Of a stretch of 64,000 nucleotides of DNA, positions 52,003-62,051 are shown in pieces; within the stretch, counting starts at the first letter, position 1, and each line of letters starts with the position of its first letter. The notes beneath the pieces were generated by a model, which saw only the letters and a list, made by a program, of their open reading frames with translations, was not told where the DNA came from and made no database searches. This stretch comes from Nostoc sp. GTDB lineage: Bacteria > Cyanobacteriota > Cyanobacteriia > Cyanobacteriales > Nostocaceae. Location: contig JBALDB010000067.1 of NCBI GenBank assembly GCA_036918135.1, positions 180,666 to 244,665 on the forward strand, given 5' to 3'. Both the position numbers and the translations under genes were made by a program.

Positions 52003-53601
52003 TTAACTGACTACCGCTTCAGCTTTTTGCTCTACTTTTTGTTTCACTAGCACATACGGTTTTTCTACACCCTGCGCGAGATATTCTGCTAGCTGACTTT
52101 CAATTTGATCGCGGACAATCTGGCGATATTCTAGAAAATGCTCGTTGTGGGCACAAGCGGCGAGGTAATGTTCAAAAACTCCGGGGTTACGTTTGAGAAT
52201 ACTAAATAAATGATGCCAGAATTTCCAACGGGTTTCGCGTTTGATTCCTTGTCGCCAAATTACAATTAATAAGGCTTTCACAATTAACCACTCTGGCATT
52301 TTGGCTGGTGCTTTCCAAGTTGGTAAACCCATCATCAAAAAACAGCGATAGGTGCGATCCAAGTATTGTACTGGGTCGTATAAAGTACAAAAAGCCTCAA
52401 TATATTCTCTGGCAATTTGTTCTAAAGAACGGGTAGGAACGAAGTTCATCAATGTTGTTTGGTTGATGTTACCATCTTGATTGTCCCGCAGTCGTCCTTC
52501 TTTTTTCAGACGATGCCAAAGCGCAGTATTGGGTAATGCTTGCAACATGGCAAAGGTAGTTGAAGGAATTGCTGCTTGTTCTGCAAAGCGGACAATGCGA
52601 TCGCCTGCACCAGTTTTTTCGCCATCAAACCCAATAATAAACCCAGCCATCGGGCGCAATCCAGCTTTAATGATGGTTTGCACGGCATCAGTTAAAGAAC
52701 TGCGAGTATTTTGAAATTTTTTAGTTAATTGCAAACTATCTTCATCTGGTGTTTCAATACCCAAAAACACAGCAGCAAAACCCGATTCAACCATCAACTC
52801 TAATAGTTCTGGGTCTTGTGCCAAGTCAATTGAAGCTTCAGTGTCAAATCGGAAGGGATATTTATGTTCTGCCATCCAGACTTTTAACTCTTTGAGCAAC
52901 AATTTCACATTGCGTTTGTTGCCAATAAAGTTATCATCCACCATGAACACACCCCGCCGCCAACCCAGTTCATAGAGGAAATCTAACTCTGCTAACAGTT
53001 GGGCTGGGGTTTTGGTTCGTGGTTTGCGACCGTAGAGAACAATGATGTCACAAAATTCGCACTGGAAGGGACACCCGCGCGAAAACTGCACTGACATCAT
53101 ATCATAAGCATCCAATTCTAATAAATCAAAGCGGGGTATTGGTGTAGTTGTGACATCTGGTTTTTCTGTGGCGCGGAAAATCCCAGAAGTTTCCCCCCGT
53201 TGAACTGCTTCAATAAACATCGGCAAAGTGATTTCCCCTTCATCTAAAATCAGGAAATCTGCACCCACATTTTGCACTTCGTGAGGTACAGAAGTTGGGT
53301 AAGGGCCGCCGACTGCAACCAACTTACCACGCTGCTTTGCTTCCTGAATTTGGTCGAGTAAATCTTGTTTTTGCACAATCATCGCCGACAAGATTACTAG
53401 ATCTGCCCACGCCCATTCATCTTCTGTTGCTGTACGAATGTTGCGATCTACGAGCTTAAATTCCCATTCTTGGGGGAGAATTGCTGCTACTGTTACTAAA
53501 CCCAGAGGTGGTAATAAAACCTTGCGATCGACTAACTCTAAAATTTTTTCATATGACCAAAAGGTTTTGGGAAATATTGGATACACCAGCAATACTCGCA
53601 T
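52003..53601 (-). CDS. B12-binding radical SAM protein with C-terminal DUF4070-like domain
   Basis: PPLGL and AVGGPY B12-binding region; RGCPFQCEFC (CxxxCxxC); VDDNF; GIET. Confidence 0.9.
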   Translation of the reverse strand: MRVLLVYPIFPKTFWSYEKILELVDRKVLLPPLGLVTVAAILPQEWEFKLVDRNIRTATEDEWAWADLVILSAMIVQKQDLLDQIQEAKQRGKLVAVGGPYPTSVPHEVQNVGADFLILDEGEITLPMFIEAVQRGETSGIFRATEKPDVTTTPIPRFDLLELDAYDMMSVQFSRGCPFQCEFCDIIVLYGRKPRTKTPAQLLAELDFLYELGWRRGVFMVDDNFIGNKRNVKLLLKELKVWMAEHKYPFRFDTEASIDLAQDPELLELMVESGFAAVFLGIETPDEDSLQLTKKFQNTRSSLTDAVQTIIKAGLRPMAGFIIGFDGEKTGAGDRIVRFAEQAAIPSTTFAMLQALPNTALWHRLKKEGRLRDNQDGNINQTTLMNFVPTRSLEQIAREYIEAFCTLYDPVQYLDRTYRCFLMMGLPTWKAPAKMPEWLIVKALLIVIWRQGIKRETRWKFWHHLFSILKRNPGVFEHYLAACAHNEHFLEYRQIVRDQIESQLAEYLAQGVEKPYVLVKQKVEQKAEAVVS

Positions 53602-53769
53602 TTAGTATCAATCCTCACACTTTGATTATTATCCCAACTCTAACGAAAATAAAGACTTATTGACTTTTGATGAAAGTTGTTTTAGTTTACCACTGATATT
53701 AAATTGGCAGTGGCGAGTAGAGAGTAGGGAATTCTTTACTCAGAACGCGGAACTATTTTGCGTTTTTTG

Positions 53770-55029
53770 CTACACCTTATCCTTTACTGGTGGAACGATG
53801 CCAAATTTATTTAAACTTGTATCTATTTCCCTAAGTGTTTTAAAATCTTCTTCTAGTAAGGGATAGGTATTACTGTTAAACAAATTTGTACTGACAGGCT
53901 GCTTTTCTAAGAAACAGAAAGCTTGACGAAATTGATACGGCTCGGCTTTAATCGGTGCATCAAAGTGGGAAGGGATAATCCACTGGAAGTTCCAATTTGC
54001 AACTTTATCAGCCCAGTCAATGGTTTCTTTGGGTGCGCGGTTGAGAATCAGAGTCTGTAAAATTGGTGCTACGAATAACCGACCGTTACCCCGCAGGGCA
54101 TCAAACGATCGCTGCCAATCATCCTGCCATTTAAAAGGATACAATCCAAAATAAGCTCTTTTTGAGCGTTCTGGTGCTTTTAAGGCATTTCGGAACACCT
54201 GACCCCAAGGACGTATTTCTAATCTGCTTGGTTGAAAGTATAAAGTAAACAAACAGATCCGCTGCCATCCTTTGCGGCGATTTTCCTGCATGTCTGCAAT
54301 CATGTCACTAGCTTTATCTTTAGCATGGAATAGCAACGGATATGGATCTAATTGGACGATCGCAGGTGGATCTTCTGGAATCGAAAGCACTGAATCTGTT
54401 ACCAGCAGAGTATGCGATCGCTTGTGAAAAAAAGCAACTTCCGCAAACCAACCAGTCCCAAGGTTGATGGGGCCGAGTATGGCATAATCAAACTCATCAG
54501 CAAAGGGTGTTTTGCTACTATCTTCTGGAAGCACCTGAGTTCGTTTGGGGGGAAAGCCAAGCCAGCTAAGGGGCAAATTTAGCGGGAAACTCCATTGATT
54601 GGGGGCTACAAACACCTGTGCAGTAGGAAAGTATCTCGCAAAGGGAGCAACAAAAACCTTGTGTTCTAAACCGGAGACAGTTGGCAGGATGATGTACTTC
54701 ACATTACCATGTTCGGCTGCCAACTCATTTACAAGCCGGATGCACTCTGGGGTGGGCGCAACAGGCCCATAAATCAACAAACCCCCTGCTTCCAGCTTAA
54801 CTACAGTCATGCGAATTGGCACAACAACGTAAAAAATGCCTTGAAGTTGGTCAAAATTCCAGATTGTGTCCTTGAGGACTTCTTTGCGGATTGTCCGCCG
54901 CTTACCGTATGGGTAAAGTGGCACAAGAGGCCATAATCGCCAGGAAAAGTCCCTTAGATGAATCTGTTCTGCATTGACTATGCGTCCATTATCGACCACT
55001 GTGCGCCCCCCTTCAAATTGCCTGCTCAA
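53770..55029 (-). CDS. DUF4336-family protein (metallo-beta-lactamase-like fold); true start may lie slightly downstream
   Basis: WPLVPLYPYGKRRT, IRMTVVKL, GLEHK, TLLVTD, IIPSHF, recognised as a conserved cyanobacterial/plant family. Confidence 0.7.
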   Translation of the reverse strand: MSRQFEGGRTVVDNGRIVNAEQIHLRDFSWRLWPLVPLYPYGKRRTIRKEVLKDTIWNFDQLQGIFYVVVPIRMTVVKLEAGGLLIYGPVAPTPECIRLVNELAAEHGNVKYIILPTVSGLEHKVFVAPFARYFPTAQVFVAPNQWSFPLNLPLSWLGFPPKRTQVLPEDSSKTPFADEFDYAILGPINLGTGWFAEVAFFHKRSHTLLVTDSVLSIPEDPPAIVQLDPYPLLFHAKDKASDMIADMQENRRKGWQRICLFTLYFQPSRLEIRPWGQVFRNALKAPERSKRAYFGLYPFKWQDDWQRSFDALRGNGRLFVAPILQTLILNRAPKETIDWADKVANWNFQWIIPSHFDAPIKAEPYQFRQAFCFLEKQPVSTNLFNSNTYPLLEEDFKTLREIDTSLNKFGIVPPVKDKV

Positions 55030-55144
55030 ATTTTAATAGGATATAGCTAGTTCTAAATAATTTGTGAAATATTTTTTTATTAGCTGTGATTTGCCATTTG
55101 TCCTCTCTTACAAAGTTCCGAGCCAAGGAAACCTTAGCTCAGAC

Positions 55145-55220
55145 TTTGCGCTTTGTCCTTTGTCATTGGTCATTTGTTACTCACTAATAACTAATGACTA
55201 ATGACTAATGACTAATGACA
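55145..55220. repeat. Heptameric STRR arrays (TTTGTCA-like x4, then CTAATGA x5)
   Basis: tttgtcc tttgtca ttggtca tttgtta, then ctaataa (ctaatga)x4. Typical of Nostocales. Confidence 0.85.
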
Positions 55221-55231
55221 CATAATTTAGA

Positions 55232-55813
55232 TTATTCTTTAACTTCAAAGTCAACTTTATCATAAATATCTAATAATGAAATTTCAAATTGAATTGAGGA
55301 TAGGGCTAAAATACTATTTTCACCTTCATATTCTGAAAAAATCCATTTTCTTTCATCTGTTTTATAATACTGTTCTACATGCTTTTTATATTGGTCAATC
55401 AAAATATATTCTTGAAAACTGGGTATGCTACGATAAGCCGCAAATTTTTCATCTATGTCATAGCTTCTAGTAGATTTAGATAGCACTTCAGCAATTATTA
55501 AGGGATTGGTAATTGTATCAGTACGTCCTTGGGCAAATTCTAAGGAGCCTGCAACAACCATGACATCTGGATATGTATAAATTTGTTTTTTAGGAATCCA
55601 TAAACGTTGCTCAGCTACGAATACTCGATAAGGTTGTCGCTTTAAAGCTAAATTGAGGGCTGCATAAAAATTACCAGCTATTTGATTGTGATTAGGTGTT
55701 CCACCTGTCATAGGTATAATTTGACCATCTATATATTCATTACGATACTCACAAATGACTTCTAATTCTAAGTATTCTGTAGGAGAATATTGGCGTTGTT
55801 CTTGTAATTGCAT
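55232..55813 (-). CDS. Uma2 (DUF820) family PD-(D/E)XK endonuclease-like protein
   Basis: EYIDGQIIPMTGGTPNH, YTYPDVMV, IAEVLSKST, KFAAYRSIPSFQEYILIDQ. Confidence 0.9.
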   Translation of the reverse strand: MQLQEQRQYSPTEYLELEVICEYRNEYIDGQIIPMTGGTPNHNQIAGNFYAALNLALKRQPYRVFVAEQRLWIPKKQIYTYPDVMVVAGSLEFAQGRTDTITNPLIIAEVLSKSTRSYDIDEKFAAYRSIPSFQEYILIDQYKKHVEQYYKTDERKWIFSEYEGENSILALSSIQFEISLLDIYDKVDFEVKE

Positions 55814-56133
55814 AAGACCAAACAAATTGGGATTTTGGATTTGAGATTGTTACCAAATATAAGAATAGTAAGGACTGTTTGAGTTTTTAATTTTAACTGA
55901 ACTGTGTTGATTTGAAAGTAAGATTTTACACTAATTGTAACAATCACCTAGTAATGAATTACTAGTTTAATAGTTAAAGTCGTCTCAAGATGACTAGTAA
56001 AGAATTTTAGTCTACTTGAAGTGGACTTGAGCTATTAGCTCTGCACTTTCAATGCAAGGCGGACTAGTTGGCAGATTGAAAATACTGCAAGAACTGAGTT
56101 GAAACTTAAATCTTAATTCATCAATTCCTAACT

Positions 56134-57576
56134 CTATTTTGACGCCGGGTTCCAAGTACCGTGGAAACTGTGAGGAATCACGCTGGGTAATCCTAGTTTA
56201 CAAACTGGTTCTGCATCTAGGCGATCGCTATCAAATATCCAAACTTCACTACTATCAGAATTACCATTGTAAACCACGATTAACAGCCAACCTTGTTCGG
56301 GGTTTTGGCTATCTTGGGCGTGGATGGGTTCTGAGGTATAAAGATTTTCTCCCAAGTCTACTTCGGTGAGGGTTTCAGTTTTGTAATCAAAACGAGCGAT
56401 CGCACTGAACCATTCTTTACCAGCATTAATTCTTTCTGGGAGCAATGCTAAATAAGTATAACGCCAAGGTTGCCCAACTTGCGATTGCTGCACTACAGGA
56501 AACTCACAAGTACGATTGATAACTTGTTGTGTTGCTGTCACTTTACCAGTTTGAGGATTGAGACGCATTTGCCATAATCTTCCTTGAGAAATTGTGTACG
56601 TCTCACCAGTTGCAAATTCTTTAAGATATTCATTACTTTGTTGAAAATCTGAATGTCGCACCACATCTAAAATTACGGAACCGTCTTCATCTTCACAGCC
56701 ATTACCAAAATGCCAATTGAACCAAGGTTCAGTTTCGCCACGACTGACTAAAGATAAGTTTTCCTTGTCAAATATTAATATCTGAGTTCCTAACTGAGGT
56801 TTCCATGACAGAGATTTACTAAAGGTAGTCAAACCTAGCAAAAATGACAGCATTTGCATCCGCATCGGTGGGATAAAAAACACCAGATACTTTTGAGTTA
56901 AAACAAAATCATGTATTATTGAATAGCGATTAAGTTTGAAAGCAGCTTTTTGAATAATTTTGCCGCTATTATTGCTTTTGTAGAGATTTAGTTGTATCGA
57001 ACTTCCTAAACTAATACCAAAATTAAAAATTTCGCCTGTGTGTGGATCGCGTTTGTAATGAGCAGAATAAGCTAATCCATTATTCAAACTACCTAAATCA
57101 TCTAATCCCTTAGTTTCTAATGTTTGTAAATCAAGGGCATAAGGGCCAGTTGCTTCCCACAAAGCCAACAATTTGTCAGGTAAAGCCAACACTGAAGTAT
57201 TAGCTGCATTCTTAATTTGCTGATTCCAGCGCTTCCAAATTGGCCCTGGTGTGTGCATACCATAAACACCATAAAGGAATTTATCTGCTTCACTTTCAGC
57301 TTGATATTCTGCTGTTTGTACATAGCGATAAATTCCCGTCACTCCTGTATCGGTGAAATGAACGCCGAGAATTGCACCATCTCCATCAAACCAGTGTCCC
57401 ACAGGAGTGCCACCGCGTTCTAGCCGCCCCGGCCCATTGCGGTAAAGTGAACCACGCAAGCCTTCTGGGACTTGTCCAGAAAGAATTGGTAATTGAGTTG
57501 CAGGAAATTCTGTTGCTGGTTTGGCGATCGCACCTGCCCAAGCTCTTTTTGTTGACTTTTTATTAATTGTATGCAT
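56134..57576 (-). CDS. Carotenoid cleavage oxygenase (RPE65/CCD family)
   Basis: LYRNGPG, HWFDGDG, SAH, IHDF, WHFGN, CEFP, FHG: four His iron ligands. Confidence 0.93.
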   Translation of the reverse strand: MHTINKKSTKRAWAGAIAKPATEFPATQLPILSGQVPEGLRGSLYRNGPGRLERGGTPVGHWFDGDGAILGVHFTDTGVTGIYRYVQTAEYQAESEADKFLYGVYGMHTPGPIWKRWNQQIKNAANTSVLALPDKLLALWEATGPYALDLQTLETKGLDDLGSLNNGLAYSAHYKRDPHTGEIFNFGISLGSSIQLNLYKSNNSGKIIQKAAFKLNRYSIIHDFVLTQKYLVFFIPPMRMQMLSFLLGLTTFSKSLSWKPQLGTQILIFDKENLSLVSRGETEPWFNWHFGNGCEDEDGSVILDVVRHSDFQQSNEYLKEFATGETYTISQGRLWQMRLNPQTGKVTATQQVINRTCEFPVVQQSQVGQPWRYTYLALLPERINAGKEWFSAIARFDYKTETLTEVDLGENLYTSEPIHAQDSQNPEQGWLLIVVYNGNSDSSEVWIFDSDRLDAEPVCKLGLPSVIPHSFHGTWNPASK

Positions 57577-57689
57577 ACTAAATCAGGATCGGTTATCAAT
57601 CTACACAGCTGCTTTCTACATTGTTGTATATTGGTGCGTTACAGCTTTAGCCTAACGCACCTTACTAGCTGACTTCTGAATTCTGCTAT

Positions 57690-57819
57690 ATACAGCAGAT
57701 TGCAAGTAAGTGAGGTACAAAATCTAGGATTGATTCATCACAGGTAAAGAATTTCTACCTCCTGCCTTCTGCCTCAAAACCTGTAACTTTGTACTTCATG
57801 CAAATGAAAACTGCTGTAT
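57690..57819. mobile_element. 130-bp MITE-like element with terminal inverted repeats
   Basis: Left end atacagcag..tgaggtacaaa pairs with right end tttgtacttca..ctgctgtat. Confidence 0.7.
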
Positions 57820-57894
57820 GAGCTAGCTCATAGTAACTGCTAGAAATAACCACTAAATTGAAATCAATCAATATTCCTAGTGGTTCAAGAAACT

Positions 57895-58362
57895 ATGATT
57901 AGCCAACAAACAATAGATATCGTTAAATCTACAGCACCTGTTTTGAAAAAGAACGGTCAGCAAATCACAACTCGGATGTATGAAATTATGTTTCAAAACC
58001 ATCCAGAAATCAGAAAACAATTTGATATGTCTGCTCAAGCAGATGGTTCTCAACCCGCGAGATTGGCTACAGCAGTTTATGGATATGCTAATAAAATTGA
58101 TAATTTACAAGCTTTAATACCGATGGTGGAAAAGATTGCCCATCGTCATGTGCAGACCCATGTTACACCAGAACAATATCCGATTGTTGGAGAAAGTTTA
58201 CTGCAAGCGATGAAAGATGTTTTGGGAGAAGCTGCTACAGAAGAAGTGATGGCGGCTTGGAGTGAAGCTTATCAAGCATTATCTCAGGTGTTTATCAACA
58301 GAGAACATAACATATATAGAGGTGAAGCGAGAAAACAATTTGTGCTTCCCCTACAATGCTAA
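57895..58362 (+). CDS. Single-domain bacterial globin (Vgb/flavohemoglobin-globin type)
   Basis: MISQQTIDIVKSTAPVL, MYEIMFQNHPE, KIAHRH (proximal His), YPIVGESLL, AWSEAY. No reductase domain. Confidence 0.9.
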   Translation: MISQQTIDIVKSTAPVLKKNGQQITTRMYEIMFQNHPEIRKQFDMSAQADGSQPARLATAVYGYANKIDNLQALIPMVEKIAHRHVQTHVTPEQYPIVGESLLQAMKDVLGEAATEEVMAAWSEAYQALSQVFINREHNIYRGEARKQFVLPLQC

Positions 58363-58444
58363 TGCATCGGCTGGCATTAACAATGCACCAGATGGCATTG
58401 TTAATACATTGGCTTGCATTGTTAATGCATCGGCTTGCATTAAA
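58361..58444. repeat. Four tandem 21-bp units, each with an internal AATGC..GCATT inverted repeat
   Basis: aatgcatcggctggcattaac / aatgcaccagatggcattgtt / aatacattggcttgcattgtt / aatgcatcggcttgcattaaa. Confidence 0.85.
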
Positions 58445-58752
58445 AACGCTACGGTTTTACGCAAAACTGTACTCGAACTTTTGGTAGCTTAGTACAGCCC
58501 ATCATAAAAAGGATATGAAAATCTTAACTGTAGGTTGGGGAGCCACTTGCATGGGCGGGTTTCCCGACTTGAGCCTCGTGGCGTTTGAACGCAACCAAAC
58601 CCAACATTCGGGCCGATGTTGGGTTTTGTTCCTCTAAGAAAGTCGCTGTGGTCAAACAATTTGTTGCTCTACAGCTTGGCAGACCACTCGATCCAATCAC
58701 ATACTACAGACTGATAACTGTGATTTTTATTTTTCGATAGTATTAAGCAGGG

Positions 58753-59325
58753 CTATCGATCCAACCAGTTAAGTAACCCAAGCGAAGTAGCGCCTCCTAC
58801 AAAATGAGCGCCAATCAGATTGACGTTTGCTAAAACCACAAAAATATCTAGAGAACGAATGACATTTTCAGGTCTATAGACTGCCACTGCTTGAGGCAGA
58901 GCTAGGGTTTTTGATAGTACAGCAATAACGGTCACTTCAGCTGCTAAAAAAGCTAAGAACAGTCCGATCGCACTAGCAATTAAGCCAATTTGTAATACTT
59001 GAATCACGTCCTGTTTGCTTGGATGTAATTCACGATTAGGCGACTGTAAAAGTTTGTCTAAACGCCTGTATCGGTTCACCCAATAGAGTCGGAAACACAG
59101 CACTAAAATTCCCATAATTCCCAAAAATACTCCAAAAGCCATAACCGAATTTGTCGTAGTTTGGGGAGTGAGATTACGACTAAATATAGCCAATAACAAA
59201 GCCAAGCTAGAAATAGCACCTAGCGCTAACTGTATCCAAAAGCTAATCGGTCTGACTATGTGAAAAGTAGCTGCAAATTTTTGCTTAGTTGGTACAGGTA
59301 GGTATGAATTTAAATCATTTGTCAT
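58753..59325 (-). CDS. DUF3611 membrane protein (PIC1/Tic21 homolog)
   Basis: SFWIQLALGAIS, HPSKQD, IRSLDIFVVLANVNLIGAHFVG; four TM helices. RBS aaggag lies before ATG 59325. Confidence 0.75.
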   Translation of the reverse strand: MTNDLNSYLPVPTKQKFAATFHIVRPISFWIQLALGAISSLALLLAIFSRNLTPQTTTNSVMAFGVFLGIMGILVLCFRLYWVNRYRRLDKLLQSPNRELHPSKQDVIQVLQIGLIASAIGLFLAFLAAEVTVIAVLSKTLALPQAVAVYRPENVIRSLDIFVVLANVNLIGAHFVGGATSLGLLNWLDR

Positions 59326-59606
59326 CTTCACTCTCCTTAGCCCTAATACAATATCTTTAATTGAAAACTCATTACCCAAAATTAACTGATATCTTGTAAC
59401 TTCTTTTCTCCCTTAAGTATTATTTGAGATAATTCTAGCCAAGCCTAAGTAAACAAAGCAGACACTTGCTACTGTATTTGGAAAATGGGAACTGCTACAC
59501 CACTAACGACTGATATCGCCCAAGGTTCCATTCCTGTCATAAGATTATTCAGTGAATATGTTTAAAAATTAAAGCAAAGTTGTATTATCGAACTCTAAGT
59601 TATATT

Positions 59607-60374
59607 ATGACAACTACACCAAGCTTCAATTCCTGGGTTACCTGTTCTCAACCAAATCCTCAAGCAAACTTGCGTTTATTCTGCTTCCCTTATGCTGGTG
59701 GGAACTCGATGGTTTTTCGCACATGGTCTAATAATCTACCTCGTAATGTTGAAGTGTGTGCTGTGGAATATCCGGGACGGGGAAGACAGATGAATTCACC
59801 ACCTATAACGCGGTTAGAAGCTCTTGTAAAGGCGATCGCTCCAGTTCTTCTACCATATTTAAACAAACCGTTCGCCTTTTTCGGTCACAGTATGGGTGCA
59901 TTAGTTAGCTTCGAGTTAACTCGTTTACTGCGCTTAGAGTATAATCTTAAACCGTTTCACCTTTTCATATCTGCTCGCCGCGCCCCACAAGTCCCCCCGA
60001 CAAAACCACCCATTCACGTTTTACCAGACCCGGAGTTACTCGAAGAATTACGCACTCTCAATGGTACACCCAAAGCAGTACTAGAAAATCCCGAACTGAT
60101 GCAGATATTCCTCCCGGTTTTGCGGGCAGATTTTGCAGTTTTAGAAACTTATATTTACACTCCCCAACAGCCATTGGAGTGCCCGATTACTGTTTTCGGT
60201 GGTTCTCAAGACCAAGAAACTAACCATGAAACTCTGCAAGCATGGCAAGAGCAGACGATCGCTACTTTCTTATTACAAATGTTTGATGGCGACCACTTTT
60301 TTATACACTCTCATCAAAACTCATTATTTAAACTTATATCTCAAGAATTGCAGATGTCTAACCATAGCTCATAG
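59607..60374 (+). CDS. Type II (editing) thioesterase, GrsT/RifR-like
   Basis: LFCFPYAGG, EYPGRG, FGHSMGA, LRADF, GDHFF. Confidence 0.93.
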   Translation: MTTTPSFNSWVTCSQPNPQANLRLFCFPYAGGNSMVFRTWSNNLPRNVEVCAVEYPGRGRQMNSPPITRLEALVKAIAPVLLPYLNKPFAFFGHSMGALVSFELTRLLRLEYNLKPFHLFISARRAPQVPPTKPPIHVLPDPELLEELRTLNGTPKAVLENPELMQIFLPVLRADFAVLETYIYTPQQPLECPITVFGGSQDQETNHETLQAWQEQTIATFLLQMFDGDHFFIHSHQNSLFKLISQELQMSNHSS

Positions 60375-60650
60375 TAAATATCGCCACTGTATTAAAAAGT
60401 AAAAAGCGTGCTACACATATAGGACTTATACCATGTCCGTTTAAAGACTTATCATTTAAGCTGACGCAAAGAGAAGACAGTTTTTCTACCTATTATTTAT
60501 TTATATATTAAGAGACTGCTTTCAGGTATTGAGCGCCTCTAAATATTGTTGTTACTCTGTTCTGTCATTAAATAAATAAAAAGAAATTAGGAGTCAGAAT
60601 ATAGAATTTTCCTGACTCTCTGAACTTCTTACACACAATATTTCTAGTTT

Positions 60651-61055
60651 TTATTTTTGGGTAGCGATCGCTAGCCTTGCTCCTTTTACCTGACGTACTT
60701 GATCCATTATCCCCACTATCTCACCGTGCAATACTTTTTGGTCAGCATTAATAATCACTAATGAATCTGGGTTAGAACCAACTAAAGTCCGCAGTCGCCC
60801 TGCTAAATCATTAATAGCTATTGGATCGCGATTTACACTTACTTGACCTTTTTCATCTACCGTGATCGTAATTTTAGCGGGAGTTTGCTCTTGCTTAGCC
60901 GTGGCTGCCTTCGGTAGATTTACTGGCAACCCTTCCGACCGTGTTAAAAATAGCGTTGACATAATGAAAAATGTCAAAAGGGCAAACATCACATCAATCA
61001 GAGGTACTACATTGATAAATGGTAGTAAATCTGGTTCATTATCATCTAGATCCAT
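60651..61055 (-). CDS. exbD: ExbD biopolymer transport protein
   Basis: INVVPLIDVMFALLTFFI, VNLPKA, INAD..HG..VGIMD. ATG at 61055 overlaps the exbB end. Confidence 0.92.
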   Translation of the reverse strand: MDLDDNEPDLLPFINVVPLIDVMFALLTFFIMSTLFLTRSEGLPVNLPKAATAKQEQTPAKITITVDEKGQVSVNRDPIAINDLAGRLRTLVGSNPDSLVIINADQKVLHGEIVGIMDQVRQVKGARLAIATQK

Positions 61056-61710
61056 AAGACTTCTCCTGTTGTTCGTAGCGGTTATGTTGTTCATAGCGAT
61101 CGAGGAACAGTATTTCTAGCTGTCCCCCGAACTCTTGAATCATTGCTATCTGCCGTTGGTACAGTCCTCGGAAGATACTGGCTCCTAAAAGCACAAAGAT
61201 AGCCACAATTAATCCTGTAGCGGTAGCAACTAAAGCTTCACTAATACCAGCAGTAACCGCACCAGTTTTAGTAGCTCCGACATCACCAACATTCAGTCCA
61301 GCAAATGAGCGAATTAATCCTAAAATTGTGCCGAGAAGTCCCATCAGAGGTGCTAAACCGATAATGGTGTCAAATACAGCTTGAAACCGCTTGAGCATAG
61401 GGATTTCTGCTTGCGCCTCGCTTTTCAAAGCCAAACGAAATTTTTCTGGAGTAGGTCTTTCTAACTGTAGTCCAGCCAGAAAAATGCGTGCTATGGGTAA
61501 ATCTACATTTTTTTGCAGCTTATCCACAGCACTAACGAGATTATCAAGTCGATAAAGATTTAAAACCTCTCGCACCACCCGGTTTTGACGTTTACCAATC
61601 TGTATCCAAAACTTCGCCCGCTCAATCATTAGTGCCCCTGCAAACACTGAAAACCCCAACAGGGGCCACATGACCACACCACCTGCTGCAAATAAATTTT
61701 GAATTCCCAT
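61042..61710 (-). CDS. exbB: ExbB (MotA/TolQ/ExbB) proton channel
   Basis: GGVVMWPL, APLMGLLGTILG, GISEALVATATGL. Confidence 0.93.
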   Translation of the reverse strand: MGIQNLFAAGGVVMWPLLGFSVFAGALMIERAKFWIQIGKRQNRVVREVLNLYRLDNLVSAVDKLQKNVDLPIARIFLAGLQLERPTPEKFRLALKSEAQAEIPMLKRFQAVFDTIIGLAPLMGLLGTILGLIRSFAGLNVGDVGATKTGAVTAGISEALVATATGLIVAIFVLLGASIFRGLYQRQIAMIQEFGGQLEILFLDRYEQHNRYEQQEKSYGSR

Positions 61711-61770
61711 GTAGTGCCTCTAAGCGTCATCAACAATACAAACTCAGACTACCAGAATCTAGACAAAAAC

Positions 61771-61816
61771 TGAAACTTTTTCTCAATAAAATATAAAATA
61801 TAATGAAAAATTTTCA
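61771..61816 (-). promoter_or_regulatory. Fur-box-like site(s) upstream of exbB
   Basis: Minus-strand TGAGAAAAAGTTTCA (61771-61785) has 2 mismatches to TGAnAATnATTnTCA. Palindrome TGAAAAATTTTCA at 61804-61816. Confidence 0.6.
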
Positions 61817-62051
61817 AATACTAAACATCATTATTTTTATTTAGTTGTTTATTTGTTTTACATAAAATAATTTAATTTATTGGAAACAAAAATTAATTTT
61901 ATCCAAAAACCATGATACTGCTGGTTTAAAAAGATATTTTGCTAGCAGAGGCTTGCGTAAGGTCGTCCCAAGTAATTTTAATTATTTACTTGCATATTTG
62001 TAACCATGCATTTTAAGATGACTAAATTAGTGAGAATGGGTAGCAATAGCT

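Noticed and set aside
52003..53601. Calling the B12 radical SAM gene hpnP or a BGC tailoring methylase
   Set aside because: It looks like the widespread cyanobacterial DUF4070 family, lies on the opposite strand outside the operon, and has no hopanoid genes nearby. Specific function is unsupported.
55232..55813. Uma2 gene as a defence or mobile system
   Set aside because: A solitary member of a family that is highly expanded in cyanobacteria, with no partner genes.
48708..57576. cruP plus carotenoid oxygenase as a carotenoid/retinal gene cluster
   Set aside because: They are on opposite strands, separated by four unrelated genes, with no opsin or other crt genes.
58361..58444. Possible CRISPR array
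   Set aside because: Units are directly adjacent with no unique spacers, and there are no cas genes in the window.
61066..61098. Short duplication at the exbB 3' end (RYEQHN RYEQQE)
   Set aside because: Real but trivial 18-bp in-frame duplication in a variable tail.
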